Positions 13,088 through 25,889 of a DNA stretch of 64,000 nucleotides are shown here, piece after piece. How positions within the stretch are numbered: position 1 is the first letter of the stretch; each line of letters opens with the position of its first letter. A model generated the notes under the pieces. The model was given only the letters and a program-made list of their open reading frames with translations. It was not told the DNA's origin and searched no databases. Location of the stretch: positions 11,264,001 through 11,328,000 of the forward strand of contig CP068257.2 in NCBI GenBank assembly GCA_009914755.4, written 5' to 3'. Source of the DNA: the human T2T-CHM13v2.0 reference genome, Homo sapiens. Both the position numbers and the translations under genes were made by a program.

Positions 13088-14957
13088 ATGCTTCTGTCTA
13101 TTTTTTATGGGAAGATATTTCCTTTATCACCGTAGGCGTCAAGGCGATCGAAATGTCCACTTCCACAAACTACAAAAAGAGTGTTTCAAACCTGCTCTAT
13201 GAAAGGCCATGTTCATCTCTATGAGTTGAATGGAAATATCCGAAAGAAATTTCTGGGAATGCTGCTGTCTAGTGTTTATATGAATTCCCGCTTCCAACGA
13301 AATCCTCAAAGCAATCCAAATATCCACTTGCAGAATCCACAAAAAGAGTGTTTCAAAACCGCTCTATCAATAGAAAGGTTCAACTCTTTTAGTTGAGTAC
13401 ACACATCACGAACAAGTTTCTGAGAATGCTTCTGTCTGGCTTTTATTGGAAGACGTTTCCTTTTCACCAAAGGCATCAAAGCGCTCCAAATGTCCACTTC
13501 CAGATTCTTCCAAAAGAGTGTTTCAAACGTGCTCGAAGTAAGGGAATGTTCATCTCTGTGACTTGAATGCAGATATCACCAAGTAGTTTCTAATAGTGCT
13601 TCTGTCTAGATTTTAGATGATGATATTCCCGTTTCCAACGAAATCGTTAGATCTATCCAAATATCCAGTTACAGTTTCTACCAAAAGGGTGTTTCCAAAT
13701 TGCTGCATCAAAAGAAAGGTTCAACTCTGTTAGTTGAGGACACACATCACAAAGAAGTTTGTGAGAATGCTTCTGTCTAGATTTTGTATGATGATATTCC
13801 CTTTTCCAACGATATCGTTAAAGCAATCTAAATATCAATTTGCAGAATCCACAAAAATAGAGTTTCAAAGCTGCTCTGTAAAAAGAAAGGTTCCACTCTG
13901 TTAGCTGAGTACACACATCACAAACTTGTTTCTGAGAATCCTTCTGTCTCGTTTTTATGGGAAGATATTTACTTTTCCACCGTAGGCATCAAAGCGCTCC
14001 AAATGTCCACATCCAGATACTCCAGAAAGAGTGTTTCAAACCTGCTCTATGAAAGGGAATCTTCAACTCTATGAGTTGAATGCAGACATCAGAAAGAAAT
14101 TTCTGAGAATGCTGCTGTCTACCTTTTATTTGAATTCCCGCTTCCAACGAAATCCTCCAAGCTATCCAAATATCCACTTGCATTTTCCACAAAAAGAGTG
14201 TTTCAAAACTGCTCTATCAATAGAAATGTTCAACTCCTTTGGCTGGGTACACACATCACAAACAAGTTTCTGAGAATGCTTCTGTCTAGTTTTTATGGGA
14301 AGACGTTCCCTTTTTCACCAAAGGCATCAAAGCGCTCCAAATGTCCACTTCCAGACACTACAAAAAGAGTGTTTCCAACGTGCTCTAAGAAAGCGAATGT
14401 TCAACTCTGTGACTTGAATGCAGATATCACAAAGTAGTTTCTGAGAGGGCTTCTGTCTAGATTTTAGATGATGATATTCCCGTTTCCAACGAAATCATTA
14501 GAGCTATCCAAATATCCACTTACAGTTTCTACAAAAAGAGTGTTTCCAAACTGCTGCATCAAAAGAGAGGTTCCACTCTGTTAGCTGAGTACACACATCA
14601 CAAACTTGTTTCTCAGAATCCTTCTGTCTCGTTTTTATGGGAAGATATTTACTTTTTCACCGTAGGCATCAAAGCGCTCCAAATGTCCACATCCAGATAC
14701 TCCAGAAAGAGTGTTTCAAACCTGCTCTATGAAAGGGAATCTTCAACTCTATGAGTTGAATGCAGACATCAGAAAGAAATTTCTGAGAATGCTGCTGTCT
14801 ACCTTTTATTTGAATTCCCGCTTCCAACGAAATCCTCCAAGCTATCCAAATATCCACTTGCAGATTCCACAAAAAGAGTGTTTCAAAACTGCTCTCTATC
14901 AATGGCAAAGTTCAACTCTGTTAGTTGAGGACACATATCACCAACAAGTTTCTGAGA
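13088..14957 (-). repeat. HOR copy 8 (1,870 bp); near-duplicate of copy 4
   Basis: Carries the same private variants as copy 4 (13361 aaaaccgctc, 13551 catctctgtg, 13651 cgttagatctatcc, 13791 gtatgatgat). Confidence 0.8.
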
Positions 14958-16827
14958 ATGCTTCTGTCTATTTTTTATGGGAAGATATTTCCTTTTTCAC
15001 CGTAGGCGTCAAGGCGATCGAAATGTCCACTTCCACAAACTACAAAAAGAGTGTTTCAAACCTGCTCTATGAAAGGCCATGTTCATCTCTATGAGTTGAA
15101 TGGAAATATCCGAAAGAAATTTCTGGGAATGCTGCTGTCTAGTGTTTATACGAATTTCCGCTTCCAACGAAATCCTCAAAGCAATCCAAATATCCACTTG
15201 CAGAATCCACAAAAAGAGTGTTTCAAAACTGCTCTATCAATAGAAAGGTTCAACTCTTTTAGTTGAGTACACACATCACGAACAAGTTTCTGAGAATGCT
15301 TCTGTCTGGCTTTTATTGGAAGACGTTTCCTTTTCACCAAAGGCATCAAAGCGCTCCAAATGTCCACTTCCAGATTCTTCCAAAAGAGTGTTTCAAACGT
15401 GCTCAAAGTAAGGGAATGTTCAACTCTGTGACTTGAATGCAGATATCACCAAGTAGTTTCTAATAGTGCTTCTGTCTACATTTTAGATGATGATATTCCC
15501 GTTTCAAACGAAATCGTTAGAGCTATCCAAATATCCAGTTACAGTTTCTACCAAAAGGGTGTTTCCAAATTGCTGCATCAAAAGAAAGGTTCAACTCTGT
15601 TAGTTGAGGACACACATCACAAAGAAGTTTGTGAGAATGCTTCTGTCTAGATTTTGTATGACGATATTCCCTTTTCCAACGATATCGTTAAAGCAATCTA
15701 AATATCAATTTGCAGAATCCACAAAAATAGAGTTTCAAAGCTGCTCTGTAAAAAGAAAGGTTCCACTCTGTTAGCTGAGTACACACATCACAAACTTGTT
15801 TCTCAGAATCCTTCTGTCTCGTTTTTATGGGAAGATATTTACTTTTCCACCGTAGGCATCAAAGCGCTCCAAATGTCCACATCCAGATACTCCAGAAAGA
15901 GTGTTTCAAACCTGCTCTATGAAAGGGAATGTTCAACTCTATGAGTTGAATGCAGACATCAGAAAGAAATTTCTGAGAATGCTGCTGTCTACCTTTTATT
16001 TGAATTCCCGCTTCCAACGAAATCCTCCAAGCTATCCAAATATCCACTTGCATTTTCCACAAAAAGAGTGTTTCAAAACTGCTCTATCAATAGAAATGTT
16101 CAACTCCTTTGGCTGGGTACACACATCACAAACAAGTTTCTGAGAATGCTTCTGTCTAGTTTTTATGGGAAGACGTTCCCTTTTTCACCAAAGGCATCAA
16201 AGCGCTCCAAATGTCCACTTCAAGACACTACAAAAAGAGTGTTTCCAACGTGCTCTAAGAAAGCGAATGTTCAACTCTGTGACTTGAATGCAGATATCAC
16301 AAAGTAGTTTCTGAGAGGGCTTCTGTCTAGATTTTAGATGATGATATTCCCGTTTCCAACGAAATCATTAGAGCTATCCAAATATCCACTTACAGTTTCT
16401 ACAAAAAGAGTGTTTCCAAACTGCTGCATCAAAAGAGAGGTTCCACTCTGTTAGCTGAGTACACACATCACAAACTTGTTTCTCAGAATCCTTCTGTCTC
16501 GTTTTTATGGGAAGATATTTACTTTTTCACCGTAGGCATCAAAGCGCTCCAAATGTCCACATCCAGATACTCCAGAAAGAGTGTTTCAAACCTGCTCTAT
16601 GAAAGGGAATCTTCAACTCTATGAGTTGAATGCAGACATCAGAAAGAAATTTCTGAGAATGCTGCTGTCTACCTTTTATTTGAATTCCCGCTTCCAACGA
16701 AATCCTCCAAGCTATCCAAATATCCACTTGCAGATTCCACAAAAAGAGTGTTTCAAAACTGCTCTCTATCAATGGCAAAGTTCAACTCTGTTAGTTGAGG
16801 ACACATATCACCAACAAGTTTCTGAGA
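14958..16827 (-). repeat. HOR copy 9 (1,870 bp); near-duplicate of copy 5
   Basis: ORFs at 15009, 15051 and 15859 are identical to those at 7529, 7571 and 8379. Confidence 0.8.
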
Positions 16828-18695
16828 ATGCTTCTGTCTATTTTTTATGGGAAGATATTTCCTTTTTCACCGTAGGCGTCAAGGCGATCGAAATGTCCAC
16901 TTCCACAAACTACAAAAAGAGTGTTTCAAACCTGCTCTATGAAAGGCCATGTTCATCTCTATGAGTTGAATGGAAATATCCGAAAGAAATTTCTGGGAAT
17001 GCTGCTGTCTAGTGTTTATACGAATTCCCACTTCCAACGAAATCCTCAAAGCAATCCAAATATCCACTTGCAGAATCCACAAAAAGAGTGTTTCAAAACT
17101 GCTCTATCAATAGAAAGGTTCAACTCTTTTAGTTGAGTACACACATCACGAACAAGTTTCTGAGAATGCTTCTGTCTGGCTTTTATTGGAAGACGTTTCC
17201 TTTTCACCAAAGGCATCAAAGCGCTCCAAATGTCCACTTCCAGATTCTTCCAAAAGAGTGTTTCAAACGTGCTCAAAGTAAGGGAATGTTCAACTCTGTG
17301 ACTTGAATGCAGATATCACCAAGTAGTTTCTAATAGTGCTTCTGTCTAGATTTTAGATGATGATATTCCCGTTTCCAACGAAATCGTTAGAGCTATCCAA
17401 ATATCCACTTACAGTTTCTACAAAAAGAGTGTTTCCAAACTGCTGCATCAAAAGAAAGGTTCAACTCTGTTAGTTGAGGACACACATCACAAAGAAGTTT
17501 GTGAGAATGCTTCTGTCTAGATTTTGTATGACGATATTCCCTTTTCCAACGATATCGTTAAAGCAATCTAAATATCAATTTGCAGAATCCACAAAAATAG
17601 TTTCAAAGCTGCTCTGTAAAAAGAAAGGTTCCACTCTGTTAGCTGAGTACACACATCACAAACTTGTTTCTCAGAATCCTTCTGTCTCGTTTTTATGGGA
17701 AGATATTTACTTTTCCACCGTAGGCATCAAAGCGCTCCAAATGTCCACATCCAGATACTCCAGAACGAGTGTTTCAAACCTGCTCTATGAAAGGGAATCT
17801 TCAACTCTATGAGTTGAATGCAGACATCAGAAAGAAATTTCTGAGAATGCTGCTGTCTACCTTTTATTTGAATTCCCGCTTCCAACGAAATCCTCCAAGC
17901 TATCCAAATATCCACTTGCATTTTCCACAAAAAGAGTGTTTCAAAACTGCTCTATCAATAGAAATGTTCAACTCCTTTGGCTGGGTACACACATCACAAA
18001 CAAGTTTCTGAGAATGCTTCTGTCTAGTTTTTATGGGAAGACGTTCCCTTTTTCACCAAAGGCATCAAAGCGCTCCAAATGTCCACTTCCAGACACTACA
18101 AAAAGAGTGTTTCCAACGTGCTCTAAGAAAGCGAATGTTCAACTCTGTGACTTGAATGCAGATATCACAAAGTAGTTTCTGAGAGGGCTTCTGTCTAGAT
18201 TTTAGATGATGATATTCCCGTTTCCAACGAAATCATTAGAGCTATCCAAATATCCACTTACAGTTTCTACAAAAAGAGTGTTTCCAAACTGCTGCATCAA
18301 AAGAGAGGTTCCACTCTGTTAGCTGAGTACACACATCACAAACTTGTTTCTCAGAATCCTTCTGTCTCGTTTTTATGGGAAGATATTTACTTTTTCACCG
18401 TAGGCATCAAAGCGCTCCAAATGTCCACATCCAGATACTCCAGAAAGAGTGTTTCAAACCTGCTCTATGAAAGGGAATCTTCAACTCTATGAGTTGAATG
18501 CAGACATCAGAAAGAAATTTCTGAGAATGCTGCTGTCTACCTTTTATTTGAATTCCCGCTTCCAACGAAATCCTCCAAGCTATCCAAATATCCACTTGCA
18601 GATTCCACAAAAAGAGTGTTTCAAAACTGCTCTCTATCAATGGCAAAGTTCAACTCTGTTAGTTGAGGACACATATCACCAACAAGTTTCTGAGA
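16828..18695 (-). repeat. HOR copy 10 (1,868 bp; 2-bp deletion near 17,600); copy-6 type
   Basis: acaaaaatagtttcaaagct vs canonical acaaaaatagagtttcaaagct; EVGIRINT / NSHFQ. Confidence 0.8.
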
Positions 18696-20565
18696 ATGCT
18701 TCTGTCTATTTTTTATGGGAAGATATTTCCTTTTTCACCGTAGGCGTCAAGGCGATCGAAATGTCCACTTCCACAAACTACAAAAAGAGTGTTTCAAACC
18801 TGCTCTATGAAAGGCCATGTTCATCTCTATGAGTTGAATGGAAATATCCGAAAGAAATTTCTGGGAATGCTGCTGTCTAGTGTTTATACGAATTTCCGCT
18901 TCCAACGAAATCCTCAAAGCAATCCAAATATCCACTTGCAGAATCCACAAAAAGAGTGTTTCAAAACTGCTCTATCAATAGAAAGGTTCAACTCTTTTAG
19001 TTGAGTACACACATCACGAACAAGTTTCTGAGAATGCTTCTGTCTGGCTTTTATTGGAAGACGTTTCCTTTTCACCAAAGGCATCAAAGCGCTCCAAATG
19101 TCCACTTCCAGATTCTTCCAAAAGAGTGTTTCAAACGTGCTCAAAGTAAGGGAATGTTCAACTCTGTGACTTGAATGCAGATATCACCAAGTAGTTTCTA
19201 ATAGTGCTTCTGTCTACATTTTAGATGATGATATTCCCGTTTCAAACGAAATCGTTAGAGCTATCCAAATATCCAGTTACAGTTTCTACCAAAAGGGTGT
19301 TTCCAAATTGCTGCATCAAAAGAAAGGTTCAACTCTGTTAGTTGAGGACACACATCACAAAGAAGTTTGTGAGAATGCTTCTGTCTAGATTTTGTATGAC
19401 GATATTCCCTTTTCCAACGATATCGTTAAAGCAATCTAAATATCAATTTGCAGAATCCACAAAAATAGAGTTTCAAAGCTGCTCTGTAAAAAGAAAGGTT
19501 CCACTCTGTTAGCTGAGTACACACATCACAAACTTGTTTCTCAGAATCCTTCTGTCTCGTTTTTATGGGAAGATATTTACTTTTCCACCGTAGGCATCAA
19601 AGCGCTCCAAATGTCCACATCCAGATACTCCAGAAAGAGTGTTTCAAACCTGCTCTATGAAAGGGAATCTTCAACTCTATGAGTTGAATGCAGACATCAG
19701 AAAGAAATTTCTGAGAATGCTGCTGTCTACCTTTTATTTGAATTCCCGCTTCCAACGAAATCCTCCAAGCTATCCAAATATCCACTTGCATTTTCCACAA
19801 AAAGAGTGTTTCAAAACTGCTCTATCAATAGAAATGTTCAACCCCTTTGGCTGGGTACACACATCACAAACAAGTTTCTGAGAATGCTTCTGTCTAGTTT
19901 TTATGGGAAGACGTTCCCTTTTTCACCAAAGGCATCAAAGCGCTCCAAATGTCCACTTCAAGACACTACAAAAAGAGTGTTTCCAACGTGCTCTAAGAAA
20001 GCGAATGTTCAACTCTGTGACTTGAATGCAGATATCACAAAGTAGTTTCTGAGAGGGCTTCTGTCTAGATTTTAGATGATGATATTCCCGTTTCCAACGA
20101 AATCATTAGAGCTATCCAAATATCCACTTACAGTTTCTACAAAAAGAGTGTTTCCAAACTGCTGCATCAAAAGAGAGGTTCCACTCTGTTAGCTGAGTAC
20201 ACACATCACAAACTTGTTTCTCAGAATCCTTCTGTCTCGTTTTTATGGGAAGATATTTACTTTTTCACCGTAGGCATCAAAGCGCTCCAAATGTCCACAT
20301 CCAGATACTCCAGAAAGAGTGTTTCAAACCTGCTCTATGAAAGGGAATCTTCAACTCTATGAGTTGAATGCAGACATCAGAAAGAAATTTCTGAGAATGC
20401 TGCTGTCTACCTTTTATTTGAATTCCCGCTTCCAACGAAATCCTCCAAGCTATCCAAATATCCACTTGCAGATTCCACAAAAAGAGTGTTTCAAAACTGC
20501 TCTCTATCAATGGCAAAGTTCAACTCTGTTAGTTGAGGACACATATCACCAACAAGTTTCTGAGA
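18696..20565 (-). repeat. HOR copy 11 (1,870 bp); copy-5/9 type in its 5' part
   Basis: 18747 and 18789 are identical to 15009 and 15051; the downstream part carries canonical LIELK. Confidence 0.8.
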
Positions 20566-22435
20566 ATGCTTCTGTCTATTTTTTATGGGAAGATATTTCC
20601 TTTTTCACCGTAGGCGTCAAGGCGATCGAAATGTCCACTTCCACAAACTACAAAAAGAGTGTTTCAAACCTGCTCTATGAAAGGCCATGTTCATCTCTAT
20701 GAGTTGAATGGAAATATCCGAAAGAAATTTCTGGGAATGCTGCTGTCTAGTGTTTATACGAATTCCCACTTCCAACGAAATCCTCAAAGCAATCCAAATA
20801 TCCACTTGCAGAATCCACAAAAAGAGTGTTTCAAAACTGCTCTATCAATAGAAAGGTTCAACTCTTTTAGTTGAGTACACACATCACGAACAAGTTTCTG
20901 AGAATGCTTCTGTCTGGCTTTTATTGGAAGACGTTTCCTTTTCACCAAAGGCATCAAAGCGCTCCAAATGTCCACTTCCAGATTCTTCCAAAAGAGTGTT
21001 TCAAACGTGCTCAAAGTAAGGGAATGTTCAACTCTGTGACTTGAATGCAGATATCACCAAGTAGTTTCTAATAGTGCTTCTGTCTAGATTTTAGATGATG
21101 ATATTCCCGTTTCCAACGAAATCGTTAGAGCTATCCAAATATCCACTTACAGTTTCTACAAAAAGAGTGTTTCCAAACTGCTGCATCAAAAGAAAGGTTC
21201 AACTCTGTTAGTTGAGGACACACATCACAAAGAAGTTTGTGAGAATGCTTCTGTCTAGATTTTGTATGACGATATTCCCTTTTCCAACGATATCGTTAAA
21301 GCAATCTAAATATCAATTTGCAGAATCCACAAAAATAGAGTTTCAAAGCTGCTCTGTAAAAAGAAAGGTTCCACTCTGTTAGCTGAGTACACACATCACA
21401 AACTTGTTTCTGAGAATCCTTCTGTCTCGTTTTTATGGGAAGATATTTACTTTTCCACCGTAGGCATCAAAGCGCTCCAAATGTCCACATCCAGATACTC
21501 CAGAACGAGTGTTTCAAACCTGCTCTATGAAAGGGAATCTTCAACTCTATGAGTTGAATGCAGACATCAGAAAGAAATTTCTGAGAATGCTGCTGTCTAC
21601 CTTTTATTTGAATTCCCGCTTCCAACGAAATCCTCCAAGCTATCCAAATATCCACTTGCATTTTCCACAAAAAGAGTGTTTCAAAACTGCTCTATCAATA
21701 GAAATGTTCAACTCCTTTGGCTGGGTACACACATCACAAACAAGTTTCTGAGAATGCTTCTGTCTAGTTTTTATGGGAAGACGTTCGCTTTTTCACCAAA
21801 GGCATCAAAGCGCTCCAAATGTCCACTTCCAGACACTACAAAAAGAGTGTTTCCAACGTGCTCTAAGAAAGCGAATGTTCAACTCTGTGACTTGAATGCA
21901 GATATCACAAAGTAGTTTCTGAGAGGGCTTCTGTCTAGATTTTAGATGATGATATTCCCGTTTCCAACGAAATCATTAGAGCTATCCAAATATCCACTTA
22001 CAGTTTCTACAAAAAGAGTGTTTCCAAACTGCTGCATCAAAAGAGAGGTTCCACTCTGTTAGCTGAGTACACACATCACAAACTTGTTTCTCAGAATCCT
22101 TCTGTCTCGTTTTTATGGGAAGATATTTACTTTTTCACCGTAGGCATCAAAGCGCTCCAAATGTCCACATCCAGATACTCCAGAAAGAGTGTTTCAAACC
22201 TGCTCTATGAAAGGGAATCTTCAACTCTATGAGTTGAATGCAGACATCAGAAAGAAATTTCTGAGAATGCTGCTGTCTACCTTTTATTTGAATTCCCGCT
22301 TCCAACGAAATCCTCCAAGCTATCCAAATATCCACTTGCAGATTCCACAAAAAGAGTGTTTCAAAACTGCTCTCTATCAATGGCAAAGTTCAACTCTGTT
22401 ACTTGAGGACACATATCACCAACAGGTTTCTGAGA
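20566..22435 (-). repeat. HOR copy 12 (1,870 bp); copy-6/10 type
   Basis: 20617 and 20659 are identical to 16879 and 16921. Confidence 0.8.
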
Positions 22436-24305
22436 ATGCTTCTGTCTATTTTTTATGGGAAGATATTTCCTTTTTCACCGTAGGCGTCAAGGCGATCGAA
22501 ATGTCCACTTCCACAAACTACAAAAAGAGTGTTTCAAACCTGCTCTATGAAAGGCCATGTTCATCTCTATGAGTTGAATGGAAATATCCGAAAGAAATTT
22601 CTGGGAATGCTGCTGTCTAGTTTTTATACGAATTCCCGCTTCCAACGAAATCCTCAAAGCAATCCAAATATCCACTTGCAGAATCCACAAAAAGAGTGTT
22701 TCAAAACTGCTCTATCAATAGAAAGGTTCAACTCTTTTAGTTGAGTACACACATCACGAACAAGTTTCTCAGAATGCTTCCGTCTGGCTTTTATTGGAAG
22801 ACGTTTCCTTTTCACCAAAGGCATCAAAGCGCTCCAAATGTCCACTTCCAGATTCTTCCAAAAGAGTGTTTCAAACGTGCTCAAAGTAAGGGAATGTTCA
22901 ACTCTGTGACTTGAATGCAGATATCACCAAGTAGTTTCTAATAGTGTTTCTGTCTAGATTTTAGATGATGATATTCCCGTTTCCAACGAAATCGTTAGAG
23001 CTATCCAAATATCCACTTACAGTTTCTACAAAAAGGGTGTTTCCAAACTGCTGCATCAAAAGAAAGGTTCAACTCTGTTAGTTGAGGACACACATCACAA
23101 AGAAGTTTGTGAGAATGCTTCTGTCTAGATTTTGTATGACGATATTCCCTTTTCCAACGATATCGTTAAAGCAATCTAAATATCAATTTGCAGAATCCAC
23201 AAAAATAGAGTTTCAAAGCTGCTCTGTAAAAAGAAAGGTTCCACTCTGTTAGCTGAGTACACACATCACAAACTTGTTTCTGAGAATCCTTCTGTCTTGT
23301 TTTTATGGGAAGATATTTACTTTTTCACCGTAGGCATCAAAGGGCTCCAAATGTCCACATCCAGATACTCCAGAAAGAGTGTTTCAAACCTGCTCTATGA
23401 AAGGGAATCTTCAACTCTATGAGTTGAATGCAGACATCAGAAAGAAATTTCTGAGAATGCTGCTGTCTACCTTTTATGTGAATTCCCGCTTCCAATGAAA
23501 TCCTCCAAGCTATCCAAATATCCACCTGCATTTTCCACAAAAAGAGTGTTTCAAAACTGCTCTATCAATAGAAATGTTCAACTCCTTTGGCTGGGTACAC
23601 ACATCACAAACAAGTTTCTGAGAATGCTTCTGTCTAGTTTTTATGGGAAGACATTCCCTTTTTCACCAAAGGCATCAAAGCGCTCCAAATGTCCACTTCC
23701 AGACACTACAAAAAGAGTGTTTCCAACGTGCTCTAAGAAAGCGAATGATCAACTCTGTGACTTGAATGCAGATATCACAAAGTAGTTTCTGAGAGGGCTT
23801 CTGTCTAGATTTTAGACGATGATATTCCCGTTTCCAACGAAATCATTAGAGCTATCCAAATATCCACTTACAGTTTCTACAAAAAGAGTGTTTCCAAACT
23901 GCTGCATCAGAAGAGAGGTTCCACTCTGTTAGCTGAGTACACACATCACAAACTTGTTTCTCAGAATCCTTCTGTCTCGTTTTTATGGGAAGATATTTAC
24001 TTTTTCACCGTAGGCATCAAAGCGCTGCAAATGTCCACATCCAGATACTCCAGAAAGAGTGTTTCAAACCTGCTCTATGAAAGGGAATCTTCAACTCTAT
24101 GAGTTGAATGCAGACATCAGAAAGAAATTTCTGAGAATGCTGCTGTCTACCTTTTATTTGAATTCCCGCTTCCAACGAAATCCTCCAAGCTATCCAAATA
24201 TCCACTTGCTGATTCCACAGAAAGAGTGTTTCAAAACTGCTCTCTATCAATGGCAAAGTTCAACTCTGTTAGTTGAGGACACATATCACCAACAAGTTTC
24301 TGAGA
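22436..24305 (-). repeat. HOR copy 13 (1,870 bp)
   Basis: Register markers 22487, 22529, 22654, 23337 and 24017; SSFYTN / EAGIRIKT variant. Confidence 0.8.
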
Positions 24306-25889
24306 ATGCTTCTGTCTATTTTTTATGGGAAGATATTTCCTTTTTCACCGTAGGCGTCAAGGCGATCGAAATGTCCACTTCCACAAACTACAAAAAGAGT
24401 GTTTCAAACCTGCTCTATGAAAGGCCATGTTCATCTCTATGAGTTGAATGGAAATATCCGAAAGAAATTTCTGGGAATGCTGCTGTCTAGTTTTTATACG
24501 AATTCCCGCTTCCAACGAAATCCTCAAAACAATCCAAATATCCACTTGCAGAATCCACAAAAAGAGTGTTTCAAAACTGCTCTATCAATAGAAAGGTTCA
24601 ACACTTTTAGTTGAGTACACACATCACGAACAAGTTTCTGAGAATGCTTCTGTCTGGCTTTTATTGGAAGACGTTTCCTTTTCACCAAAGGCATCAAAGC
24701 GCTCCAAATGTCCACTTCCAGATTCTTCCAAAAGAGTGTTTCAAACGTGCTCAAAGTAAGGGAATGTTCAACTCTGTGACTTGAATGCAGATATCACCAA
24801 GTAGTTTCTAATAGTGCTTCTGTCTAGATTTTAGATGATGATATTCCCGTTTCCAACGAAATCGTTAGAGCTATCCAAATATCCACTTACAGTTTCTACC
24901 AAAAGGGTGTTTCCAAACTGCTGCATCAAAAGAAAGGTTCAACTCTGTTAGTTGAGGACACACATCACAAAGAAGTTTGTGAGAATGCTTCTGTCTAGAT
25001 TTTGTATGACGATATTCCCTTTTCCAACGATATCGTTAAAGCAATCTAAATATCAATTTGCAGAATCCACAAAAATAGAGTTTCAAACCTGCTCTGTAAA
25101 AAGAAAGGTTCCACTCTGTTAGCTGAGTACACACATCACAAACTTGTTTCTGAGAATCCTTCTGTCTCGTTTTTATGGGAAGATATTTACTTTTTCACCG
25201 TAGGCATCAAAGCGCTCCAAATGTCCACATCCAGATACCCCAGAAAGAGTGTTTCAAACCTGCTCTATGAAAGGGAATCTTCAACTCAATGAGTTGAATG
25301 CAGACATCAGAAAGAACTTTCTGAGAATGCTGCTGTCTACCTTTTATTTGAATTCCCGCTTCCAACGAAATCCTCCAAGCTATCCAAATATCCACTTGCA
25401 TTTTCCACAAAAAGAGTGTTTCAAAACTGCTCTATCAATAGAAATGTTCAACTCCTTTGGCTGGGTACACACATCACAAACAAGTTTCTGAGAATGCTTC
25501 TGTCTAGTTTTTATGGGAAGACATTCCCTTTTTCACCAAAGGCATCAAAGCGCTCCAAATGTCCACTTCCAGACACTACAAAAAGAGGGTTTCCAACGTG
25601 CTCTAAGAAAGCGAATGTTCAACTCTGTGACTTGAATGCAGATATCACAAAGTAGTTTCTGAGAGGGCTTCTGTCTGGATTTTAGATGATGATATTCCCG
25701 TTTCCAACGAAATCATTAGAGCTATCCAAATATCCACTTACAGTTTCTACAAAAAGAGTGTTTCCAAACTGCTGCATCAAAAGAGAGGTTCCACTCTGTT
25801 AGCTGAGTACACACATCACAAACTTGTTTCTGAGAATCCTTCTGTCTCGTTTTTATGGGAAGATATTTCCTTTTTCACCGTAGGCATCA
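24306..25889 (-). repeat. HOR copy 14, truncated at relative position ~+1584 by a monomer-m10/m3 hybrid junction
   Basis: Register holds through 25416 (+1110). At ~25,880-25,900, ...caccgtaggcatcaaagcgctcaaaatgtccacttccagattcttcc... joins an m10-type start to an m3-type body; the expected +1581 ORF is absent. Confidence 0.75.

Larger units (their letters stand above)
1..25889 (-). repeat. Homogeneous 11-monomer HOR array, unit 1,870 bp, ~13.8 copies at >99% identity (the window begins mid-array). A 'live/active-type' array candidate.
   Basis: The minus-strand 67-aa marker ORF MWILQVDIWIALRIS... recurs at 52, 1919, 3789, 5659, 7529, 9399, 11269, 13139, 15009, 16879, 18747, 20617, 22487 and 24357. 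Steps are 1,870 bp, except 1,867 for the first and 1,868 for one later step. All other ORF-track entries repeat in register. 1,870/11 = 170 bp. Confidence 0.9.

Noticed and set aside
1-25889. A CRISPR array or other prokaryotic direct-repeat system, given the perfectly regular repeats
   Set aside because: The repeats are contiguous 170-bp monomers in an 11-unit higher-order register with no unique spacers. The consensus, CENP-B boxes and pJalpha motifs identify primate alpha satellite.
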